Below, in pieces: positions 27,901 to 35,982 of a stretch of 61,807 nucleotides of DNA. Where the stretch lies: positions 18,636-80,442 of the forward strand of contig JBBDZM010000009.1 in NCBI GenBank assembly GCA_040900165.1, in the 5' to 3' direction. The notes below the pieces were generated by a model. The model worked only from the letters and a program-made list of their open reading frames with translations, searched no databases and was not told the DNA's origin. This DNA comes from Patescibacteria group bacterium (GTDB taxonomy: Bacteria > Patescibacteriota > UBA1384 > 2-12-FULL-50-11). The translations under genes and the position numbers were made by a program. Positions within the stretch are counted from its first letter, which is position 1. Each line of letters starts with the position of its first letter.

Positions 27901-28171
27901 CCAAGATATCGGTATCAAATCCGACAGCCAAGCTGCTTCAAGCCAAGCGCCGTTAGAACTCGAGGTTGGTAGCCAGGGGCAATCGGTCCCGATTACCATC
28001 AATGAGAACACTGATAAGACTGAAGATAATACCGACACTGACATCACCCAAGATCAGCCCATCGTCGCCTCTGATGCGCCGCCCTGCCCAACCTGCGGAT
28101 CGATGACCACCAAAACCGGCACTTGCTACACCTGCTTGTCGTGCGGCTCCACCACCGGCGGCTGCAGCTAG
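24959..28171 (+). CDS. nrdJ: Adenosylcobalamin-dependent (class II) ribonucleotide reductase
   Basis: [32 protein letters not shown], C-terminal CPTCGS...[15 protein letters not shown] zinc ribbon and redox tail. Confidence 0.93.
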   Translation: [1070 protein letters not shown]

Positions 28172-28173
28172 TA

Positions 28174-28737
28174 ATGCCTATTTACACAAAGAAGGGGGAC
28201 CGGGGTGAAACCGGTCTTCCTGGCAAAAGACGTCTATCCAAGACGGACCAGCTTTTTGAAGTCTTGGGAAACTTAGATCAAACCAGCGCTTCGATTGGTT
28301 TAGCGCTATCGTACACTGAGAAAAAGGAAAGTGAGTTGATAGCGTTATTGAAATCTGTCCAATCAGACTTTTTGGGGATTGGCGCCTACTTGGCCTCAGA
28401 AAACCACAGCCAGAGGGCAATATTAAATCACCTACCAAAACAAATTACGTTATTTGAGAAAACCATCGACAAACTAGAAAACGAGACAGGTTCGTTGCAG
28501 AATTTTATCCTGCCTGGCGGAGGAAACGCCGGTTCGGCTCTTCACTTAGCCCGAACAATCGCTCGAAAAACCGAACGGGAATTTCATAATTTAACTGGAG
28601 TAAAGTCGCCTGAAATCAGCCAGTACCTCAACCGATTGTCAGACTTACTTTTCCAAATAGCCCGAGCGATTAACCATCGACAGGGTAATGTTGAGGATAA
28701 TTGGAAGTATCTACAAAACAAAGCTGATAATCGTTGA
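28174..28737 (+). CDS. PduO-type ATP:cob(I)alamin adenosyltransferase
   Basis: MPIYTKKGDRGETGL start motif, FILPGGGNAGSALHLARTIARKTER. ATG lies 2 nt after the nrdJ stop. Confidence 0.88.
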   Translation: MPIYTKKGDRGETGLPGKRRLSKTDQLFEVLGNLDQTSASIGLALSYTEKKESELIALLKSVQSDFLGIGAYLASENHSQRAILNHLPKQITLFEKTIDKLENETGSLQNFILPGGGNAGSALHLARTIARKTEREFHNLTGVKSPEISQYLNRLSDLLFQIARAINHRQGNVEDNWKYLQNKADNR

Positions 28738-28870
28738 CTTTACCCTAACTAATTGATATATTGCAACCGTCTTGAAAGGGGTATGTTTCAGACAATCCTT
28801 TTAGGTTTAGTTGTATCGGAAACGGTCGATCCCCTCCCGTCGTTTCCGGTACTACCAAGCTTAAAAGATG

Positions 28871-28892
28871 GAGCCGAGTGGCTCTTTTTTTT
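28871..28892 (+). terminator. Hairpin plus T8 tract between the adenosyltransferase gene and the membrane-protein gene
   Basis: gagcc-gagt-ggctc followed by tttttttt. Either the operon terminator or the expression platform of a leader. Confidence 0.55.
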
Positions 28893-28922
28893 ATGACCAT
28901 ATGCTGGTATTTTGATTTGGCT

Positions 28923-29471
28923 ATGCAAAAACCGACTGCTTCGATATTAACAGTAATTACCATCTTGAGTCGGCTAATTCCTCATCCCGCCAACTTCACC
29001 ACCTTGGGCGCAACGTCACTTTTTTCCGGCAGTAAACTTGGGCGCCCGTGGAATTATATTGTTCCCTTTGTGGCGATGGTTGTGACCGATTTGATTATTG
29101 GGCTACACGGTACGATGGTCTATGTCTATCTAAGCATCGCTATCAGCATCTGGATTGGCGAGAAATATTTAAAGACGGACGACGGCAGTAAGAGGGTGGC
29201 GGCTGCCGCCATCGCCAACTCAACAATATTCTTTGTTATCACAAATTTTGGCGTTTGGGCCAGTAGTACCCTTTATGCCAAAACTTTTAGCGGCTTGGTA
29301 GAAAGCTACGCCATGGGATTACCGTTCTGGCGAAATATGCTGTTGGCAGATATGTTATTTAGCGTTGGCATATTTGCGCTCTATCGCTATGCTCAGCAGC
29401 AAACAGCAGTTGATAGATTTGACAGAAAATTAGGCAATATTATGGGAATAAATAATGGAGGGGGAAATTAA
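28923..29471 (+). CDS. Small polytopic membrane protein, putative vitamin/cofactor transporter (DUF6580-like)
   Basis: SRLIPHPANFTTLGATSLFSG motif and 5-6 TM segments. Alternative in-frame starts at GTG 28878 and ATG 28893. Confidence 0.6.
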   Translation: MQKPTASILTVITILSRLIPHPANFTTLGATSLFSGSKLGRPWNYIVPFVAMVVTDLIIGLHGTMVYVYLSIAISIWIGEKYLKTDDGSKRVAAAAIANSTIFFVITNFGVWASSTLYAKTFSGLVESYAMGLPFWRNMLLADMLFSVGIFALYRYAQQQTAVDRFDRKLGNIMGINNGGGN

Positions 29472-29755
29472 TGGGCAAAGGTGGGGTTAAGTTGTTAGAT
29501 TTTTGGGCAGCGTGGTGTGGGCCGTGCAAGATAATGAATCCAATTTTGGAAGAAATTGAGAAAGAATACGGTTCGAAAATTACTATTGTAAAGTACGACG
29601 TTGACGATGCTACTAACCAAGAAATTGTTCAAAAATATCAGGTAATGGCCATGCCAACCTATTTTATTGAAAAAGACGGCCAAGTTGTTGGACAGTTTGT
29701 GGGAGCTCAGTCAAAATCGACTCTGACAAAAGCCCTTGATCAAGCATTGGGCTAG
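29471..29755 (+). CDS. trxA: Thioredoxin
   Basis: WAAWCGPCK active site. Confidence 0.92.
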   Translation: MGKGGVKLLDFWAAWCGPCKIMNPILEEIEKEYGSKITIVKYDVDDATNQEIVQKYQVMAMPTYFIEKDGQVVGQFVGAQSKSTLTKALDQALG

Positions 29756-32652
29756 CTGTAAATCCGACAGACCTCACAGCCATTATTATAGTCGGCGTTA
29801 GTGTGTTTAAAATATTTGAGAGCGAGCATCTCTTGGCGCATAGCGATCACCAGTTTCTCTAAATCGGCGATCTCTTCGTTAGTCACACTAAAAACCTCGT
29901 CTTTAAATTCGCCCTTGTCATCGACAATGCTAATTTGAAATTGTTTGGCAATAAACGGAAAAAGTGGGTCGTGCTTGGCGAGCATGGCATAGAATACCAG
30001 CTGCCTTTTTATCTCCCCGTCGCTACTTTGGGTTTTGCCCTCGATCTCGTTGCGACTGATCGAGCGGCTCTTGGTTTTATAGTCGACGATTGTAACGGCT
30101 TTGGTAACTGGGTCTATTAGATCGATTCGGTCAAATTTGCCGGTAATCCACATATCGCCGTAGTAGACGTGGTGATGGGTAAAAGAGTACTCAATACCCG
30201 CTGGTACCCGCCATATCGGTAATTTGGCGTCGTAGTATCGATCCAGTACGGCAATCGCATGGTCGATAATCCGTTTCTGCCACTGGGGGCTAACTAGCTG
30301 TGACGTTGCCTCCGTAGCGAGCTCAATAAGTCGTTTTTTCGGTGGTAATTTTTTGTAGCTGCGATATTCACGCATCAACATCTCCAGTGCCCTGTGGACA
30401 ACATTGCCGTACATTAACGGCTCACTCGGTGGTTGAGGCAGGCGAAGCACCCGAGAAAAATAATATTGGGAAGGGCAGGTTTGATAGGCCCGAATGTCCG
30501 AGTAAGAAAGCGGCGATGAGGCGATAATTGAGCGAATATAGTCGAGTTGTTGATCGGAAAGTATCTGGGCGGGTGTTTTCTGGAGCAGCCGTTTAATGGT
30601 TAATTTGGACGTTTTTTCGTCCGAAACGGTGTTCTTGTGGTTAATATCGCCTAGTTCAATCACAAACTGGCTCGGTAGAACAGTTTTTTGATCGCTGGTT
30701 AATTTGGACATCGTCAAGGACAGACTTTTTTTAGCTCGGGTTAGCCCAACATAGAAGAGTCGGCGTTCATCCTCCTCGTTGTCGTCTTGCCAGTCCGTTA
30801 AACCAACAATCTCGCTAGGAAGTTTGATTAGCTCGGGCTTACTTTTGAGTGACCAATTTTTTTCATCAACCCCGGCCAGAATCACTCTTTCAAATTCTAA
30901 TCCCTTGGCGCTATGAACGGTTCCAATAAACAGCCCGTTCTCGGGAAGGAGTTTAGCGATCGGCACATCGAGGTTGCGGGATCGAACCATTTGGGTGTAT
31001 TCCAGAAAACTTATAAGCGTGGCATCTTTTTGATCGGCGTAGCCAGCAGCTAGGTTATAAAACGATAATAACAGCTCCGCCCCGGCCAGCGTATCCAGCG
31101 ATAGGCGTTTCTGGAAGTGCCTGGTTTCATCCATCAGCCATTCGATAGTTTCCTGGACAGTCAAAGTATCAGAAAGTTTATGGACTTCCAGTAGCTGCTG
31201 GGCTGTCTGACGAAGCGATTTAGAGGCTGTTAGTAATTTTTCGACAATTGGGGTTGTCGAACGAATTGATCGGTTAATTTTATAAAGCTCGAGTAGGTCG
31301 CTATCGGAGAGTATTGGTCGAAGAGCCGCTATGACTAACAAGTTATTCGTTGGCTTAGCAATCGCCGACAGCAGGTTCAATAGCGATCTAACCGCTGGCT
31401 CATCAAAAAGCTCAAGCAGAACTTGCCCGGAAATCGGTAAATTATTTTTTTGAGCAAACTGGGCGAATTGTTTGACGTTTTCCCGTTTTCTCCATAACAC
31501 CGCTATTTGCGGTAGTGCTGTGCCGGTTTTCTGATATGTCTCAACTAATTGAATAATTTGAGCTAGCTGGCCAACGCTACTGGTCGATTCAAAAAGAGTT
31601 ACTGGGTCGGCGGAAGGCAAGTTGGCGACTACTTCATTATCTTGACCCTTAACCAGCTTATTTATCTGGTAGCGATTATGGGAGATCAGCTCTTTGGCAA
31701 CTGCCAGTATCTCCGGCGAACTTCGATAGTTTTGTTTCAAATTAATTACAACCATCTCTGGGTAGCGTTGTTTGAAATGGAGCATATTAGCAACGGAGGC
31801 ACCTTGAAATCGGTAAATTGCCTGCTTGTCATCGCCCACGACAAACAGGTTGGGATTTTGATAAAAGTCGGCCAATACCCCGACTAACGCATTCTGTGAG
31901 TTGTTCGTATCCTGATATTCATCTACCAACATATATTGGTAACGCTCTTGAAAATAGGCCCGAACTTCCTCGTTGGTTTTCAGGGCATCAACAACAAATA
32001 CAATGGTATCCTCGTAGTCGTACCAACCCCGCTCGGAGAGCTGACTATTATACTGCTGGTATATTTTCACAAATTCTTCCAGCCGTTGTTTTTCGGATTC
32101 CGTTGGTTTTTTTCCGGCAGATTGTTTGATAATTTTTTTTAACTCGTCTGGCGAAACATTCTCTTGTTTGGCGGTTTTTATTCGCTGGCTAATCTCGTAA
32201 ACATAAAGATCGGGTTTGCGCAGTGGCCTAAGTACTTTCAATGACTGTTCGTTATTTAATATTTCTTCGATCAGTAGGAAGCGCTCAGCATCACTGATTA
32301 ACCGGAGCGTTTGGGTTTGAGTAAACAAGTGGGGGAATATGCCAATAACTTCATTGGAGAATCCGTGAAAAGTGGAGATTGTTACACGATAAGCGGTTGG
32401 TCCAATTAATTTTATTAATCGATCACGTAGAGCTGTAACGCCGGCTTCGGTAAAAGTCAGCGCTAAAATATTATTTGGACCCATTTGGGTCTGGGAAAGA
32501 ATTTGAGCGATCCGTAGCGCCACTACTTGGGTTTTGCCGGTACCAGGGCCAGCTAAGACCATGACCGGGCCCTCAATCGTTTCAACCGCTTTTCGCTGTT
32601 CGGTGTTGAGTTTTTTTAAGGCTAACTGAAAATTTTTAGGCGTCGCTAACAT
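29752..32652 (-). CDS. UvrD/PcrA-family helicase fused to a C-terminal PD-(D/E)XK (RecB/Cas4-like) nuclease domain
   Basis: AGPGTGKTQ Walker A, VDEYQDTN, GTVHSAKGLEFE, YVGLTRAK. C-terminal DRIDLID...VDYKT nuclease motif and terminal CEVC cysteines. Start set at the internal ATG 32652. Confidence 0.85.
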   Translation of the reverse strand: MLATPKNFQLALKKLNTEQRKAVETIEGPVMVLAGPGTGKTQVVALRIAQILSQTQMGPNNILALTFTEAGVTALRDRLIKLIGPTAYRVTISTFHGFSNEVIGIFPHLFTQTQTLRLISDAERFLLIEEILNNEQSLKVLRPLRKPDLYVYEISQRIKTAKQENVSPDELKKIIKQSAGKKPTESEKQRLEEFVKIYQQYNSQLSERGWYDYEDTIVFVVDALKTNEEVRAYFQERYQYMLVDEYQDTNNSQNALVGVLADFYQNPNLFVVGDDKQAIYRFQGASVANMLHFKQRYPEMVVINLKQNYRSSPEILAVAKELISHNRYQINKLVKGQDNEVVANLPSADPVTLFESTSSVGQLAQIIQLVETYQKTGTALPQIAVLWRKRENVKQFAQFAQKNNLPISGQVLLELFDEPAVRSLLNLLSAIAKPTNNLLVIAALRPILSDSDLLELYKINRSIRSTTPIVEKLLTASKSLRQTAQQLLEVHKLSDTLTVQETIEWLMDETRHFQKRLSLDTLAGAELLLSFYNLAAGYADQKDATLISFLEYTQMVRSRNLDVPIAKLLPENGLFIGTVHSAKGLEFERVILAGVDEKNWSLKSKPELIKLPSEIVGLTDWQDDNEEDERRLFYVGLTRAKKSLSLTMSKLTSDQKTVLPSQFVIELGDINHKNTVSDEKTSKLTIKRLLQKTPAQILSDQQLDYIRSIIASSPLSYSDIRAYQTCPSQYYFSRVLRLPQPPSEPLMYGNVVHRALEMLMREYRSYKKLPPKKRLIELATEATSQLVSPQWQKRIIDHAIAVLDRYYDAKLPIWRVPAGIEYSFTHHHVYYGDMWITGKFDRIDLIDPVTKAVTIVDYKTKSRSISRNEIEGKTQSSDGEIKRQLVFYAMLAKHDPLFPFIAKQFQISIVDDKGEFKDEVFSVTNEEIADLEKLVIAMRQEMLALKYFKHTNADYNNGCEVCRIYS

Positions 32653-32701
32653 CGGTTTGAGCTTAACGACTTTTACTCGCTTCGCCAAGCGTAAAACAGG
32701 T

Positions 32702-33409
32702 ATGATTAACTTAATGTTGCCAGAAATTATTAGCGAAAATGCCCAATATTGGGTAATCAACAAGCCCGCCGGCATGGCCACCGAACCTCCTTCCCGCAGC
32801 CTAACGTTGCGCGACTGGCTAATTGAGCAAGGTAGAATCAAACCGGGGGAGTGGGACGAGAATGACCGCGCCGGAATCGTTCACCGGCTCGATACCGACA
32901 CCTCCGGCGTTATAATCTGGGCAAAAAATCACGCTGCCCAAAAACATCTCCGGGAACTCTGGCAGGGGAGAGCGGTTCGGAAAAATTATCTCGCCCTAGT
33001 AACGGGTAACGCCCCCGATCAGGGAATAATCGAAGCCTCGTTGATGCGCGACAATAAAAAAGATCGCCAAGTAGCCGCATTATTTCCCCACCCCAAAGCT
33101 CGCCCGGCAATTACTGAATATGAGCGTCTGGCAGTAGGGGAGTGGGAGGGAAACAAGGTTTCCCTTATTCGGGCTCACCCGATTACCGGTCGGACCCATC
33201 AAATTCGCGTTCATCTAAAATCAATTGGTCATCCAATTATCGGCGACAGTCTGTACGGCGAAAAATCCGGCGATGCCATCGCCAAAGGTCTCCATCTTAA
33301 TCGGCAGTTTTTGCACGCTGAAAGTATTGAGTTGGAAGGGAATAGTTACTCAGTCGAACTACCGAAAGAACTTGCCGATTGCTTAAAACAGGTTAATATC
33401 AGTCTGTAA
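32702..33409 (+). CDS. RluA-family pseudouridine synthase
   Basis: HRLDTDTSGVIIWAK catalytic Asp motif, ITGRTHQIRVHL. Confidence 0.88.
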   Translation: MINLMLPEIISENAQYWVINKPAGMATEPPSRSLTLRDWLIEQGRIKPGEWDENDRAGIVHRLDTDTSGVIIWAKNHAAQKHLRELWQGRAVRKNYLALVTGNAPDQGIIEASLMRDNKKDRQVAALFPHPKARPAITEYERLAVGEWEGNKVSLIRAHPITGRTHQIRVHLKSIGHPIIGDSLYGEKSGDAIAKGLHLNRQFLHAESIELEGNSYSVELPKELADCLKQVNISL

Positions 33410-34666
33410 ATGCGTAGAAATTTTTGGATTGGTTTTGTGTTAATTCTTGCCACCATTGGGCTGGCTTTTTACATTAGCCTACCATCGACAACCAGCTTTC
33501 TTGGACGTAGTACGACCATCCGCCAGGGGCTTGATCTCCAGGGCGGTGTCAGGTTGGTTTACCAACTAGACTTGTCTGCTTCAGCTGATGTCGACAAAGC
33601 CGGGGCGATTAGCTCGACCCGGGACGTTATTGAACGACGAGTCAACACTACTGGCGTCGCCGAGCCAGTAATTCAATCGGGTAAGGCCAGCGGTCAAGAG
33701 ACAGTGATTGTTGAGTTGCCTGGCATTAAGGATGTCCAAGAGGCGATTAATTTAATCGGCCAGACTGCTCAACTAGAGTTCAAGGAACAGGATAGTCGTA
33801 ACCCCGACCAGTGGATCAATACCGGCCTAACTGGTAAACAGCTAAAGAATGCGACTGTTTCTTTTGATCCAACAACTAACGCCCCCCAGATCAACTTGGA
33901 ATTTAGTAGTGAGGGAGCGAGCCTATTCGAGGAAATCACCAGCCGAAACGTCGGAAAGCAAGTGGCAACGTTTCTTGACGGCGAAGTCCTCCAGATTGCA
34001 ACAGTTAACGAAAAAATTGCTGGCGGTCAGGCCGTGATTACGGGCCAGTTTACAATTCAAGAAGCTAAGGATTTAGTCAGCCTACTTAACGCCGGAGCCC
34101 TAGATGTACCAATTAAGCTGATCGAACAACGAACCGTTGGGGCAACATTGGGGGAGCAGTCCGTTAAAAACAGTCTGGTTGCCGGAGTAATTGGCTTGTT
34201 ATTAGTAATAATTTTTATGCTCGTCAACTACCGGGTGGCTGGCTTGGCGGCGGTCTTGGCATTGAGTGGTTATGCCGTAATTGTGGTGGCGATGTTTAAA
34301 CTAATTCCGGTCACCATTACTTTGTCGGGCATTGCCGGTTTTATTCTGTCGATCGGTATGGCCGTGGACGCCAATATTTTAATCTTTGAGCGGATGCGCG
34401 AAGAGCTACGCGACGGCAAAAACCTGTCACTGGCGATGGAAGAGGGATTCACGCGGGCTTGGCCGTCGGTACGTGATTCCAATATGGCGACAATTATCAC
34501 CTCGGGAATTCTCTTTTTCACGACAACCGGTTTGGTTAGGGGATTTGCCTTAACTCTAGCGCTGGGTGTTTTGGTCTCTCTCTACAGCTCAATTACTGCC
34601 AGCCGAGCATTCCTGCGACTGTTTGCAATGAACAAATGGCTAGCGAAAGATATGGAGAAAATATAA
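33410..34666 (+). CDS. secD: Protein translocase subunit SecD
   Basis: GLDLQGG motif, C-terminal 6-TM block with AGFILSIGMAVDANILIFER. Confidence 0.92.
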   Translation: MRRNFWIGFVLILATIGLAFYISLPSTTSFLGRSTTIRQGLDLQGGVRLVYQLDLSASADVDKAGAISSTRDVIERRVNTTGVAEPVIQSGKASGQETVIVELPGIKDVQEAINLIGQTAQLEFKEQDSRNPDQWINTGLTGKQLKNATVSFDPTTNAPQINLEFSSEGASLFEEITSRNVGKQVATFLDGEVLQIATVNEKIAGGQAVITGQFTIQEAKDLVSLLNAGALDVPIKLIEQRTVGATLGEQSVKNSLVAGVIGLLLVIIFMLVNYRVAGLAAVLALSGYAVIVVAMFKLIPVTITLSGIAGFILSIGMAVDANILIFERMREELRDGKNLSLAMEEGFTRAWPSVRDSNMATIITSGILFFTTTGLVRGFALTLALGVLVSLYSSITASRAFLRLFAMNKWLAKDMEKI

Positions 34667-35583
34667 TGAGCTACCGCTACTTAGGAAAACGAAAAACTAT
34701 GTGGCTGATTATCTCCGGATTATTGCTAGTACCGGGAATATTGTCGTTGATTTTCTGGAAGTTGCCGTTGGGAATCGATTTCCGTGGAGGTGGTACGGCC
34801 GAATGGCAGTTTGCCAAATCCGTCACGGATCAGCAACTACGAGATACGTTGGGTGAGCAGGGGATTCTCAAGGGATTTTCTGTTTCTAGTTCTGGGGAGG
34901 GAAGCGTTTTTGTCAAATTCTTACCAATTGAGGTAGGGGAGTATCAAAAAAGTTTTGCCACAATTAAAGAAAAGTACGGTCAGGCAACGGAGCTAAAATT
35001 TGAGAACGTCGGTCCAAGTGTCTCCAAAGATTTAACCAAAAAGGCGATTATTGCAGTAGTAATTGCTTCGCTATTTATACTAGTCTATCTCGCCTATTCC
35101 TTCCGGGGAGTTACCTATCCGGTTTCGTCCTGGCGCTTTGGCAGCGTTGCCTTAATTGCCTTGCTTCATGACGTCGCTATATCGATTGGAGTGTTTTCAA
35201 TCCTGGCGCACTTCTTTGGATATGAAGTCGACAGTTCATTTATTACTGCTACCTTAACGATTATGGGATTCTCGGTTCATGACACGATCGTTGTCTTCGA
35301 TAGAATTAGGGAAAACTTGCACGGTAAAAATATCGATACAGCCGAGCAGTTCGAACAGATCGCCGAGTCTTCTCTGGCTCAAACCCTGAACCGCTCGTTA
35401 GGAACCAGTCTAACCCTTATATTCACCTTAGTAGCCCTATTATTGCTTGGCGGACAGACTATTAAACCGTTCGTGCTAATGATGACAGTCGGCGTGGCCG
35501 TTGGAACGTATTCATCGATATTCACCGCCACGCCATTGCTAACAATTTGGCAAAGTAAGATATTTAGCCGAGCAAAAAAGTAG
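34666..35583 (+). CDS. secF: Protein translocase subunit SecF
   Basis: GIDFRGG motif, MGFSVHDTIVVFDRIRE. ATG overlaps the secD stop (TAATG). Confidence 0.92.
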   Translation: MSYRYLGKRKTMWLIISGLLLVPGILSLIFWKLPLGIDFRGGGTAEWQFAKSVTDQQLRDTLGEQGILKGFSVSSSGEGSVFVKFLPIEVGEYQKSFATIKEKYGQATELKFENVGPSVSKDLTKKAIIAVVIASLFILVYLAYSFRGVTYPVSSWRFGSVALIALLHDVAISIGVFSILAHFFGYEVDSSFITATLTIMGFSVHDTIVVFDRIRENLHGKNIDTAEQFEQIAESSLAQTLNRSLGTSLTLIFTLVALLLLGGQTIKPFVLMMTVGVAVGTYSSIFTATPLLTIWQSKIFSRAKK

Positions 35584-35982
35584 GTTAGACGACCCATTAA
35601 TCAGCGCCGTATTAAACTTGGCTCTGTGAGCGAATTTTAACGGTATTTTATATTTAACTGGTATAAATAGGAGACAAATGCCTAATTAAGTACAGATTAT
35701 TAGGTAAAGCACCGGTAAATTACCTAGACACGTTAGTAACTGTGATTTGATATATATCTATGTCGGACAATGTATCTTATGCGACACAACAGCAATGAGG
35801 TCTTTCAGAAAATAACAAAAATCGGCAATCCAACACCAGGGCCAAAACAGGCGATATTACTACTTTGCTAGCACCAGCACCCGGCCTGGCCACCCAGGTA
35901 TTAATGAAATTTGCAAAAATATTAGCACTCTCCCCCGCGGCGGTGGGGGAGAAGAGAGTAAAAAATAAAAAATCTCTGTTAA

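Noticed and set aside
24959-28171. Intein or intron in the long (1070-aa) nrdJ
   Set aside because: The sequence reads as a continuous class II RNR with a C-terminal linker and zinc ribbon. There are no Cys/Ser...HN intein splice blocks and no homing-endonuclease motifs.
28738-28870. Confident cobalamin riboswitch call upstream of the membrane-protein gene
   Set aside because: Only loose similarity to the conserved core, and no clear GCCACUG B12 box. It is kept as a hypothesis needing a covariance-model search, not as a feature.
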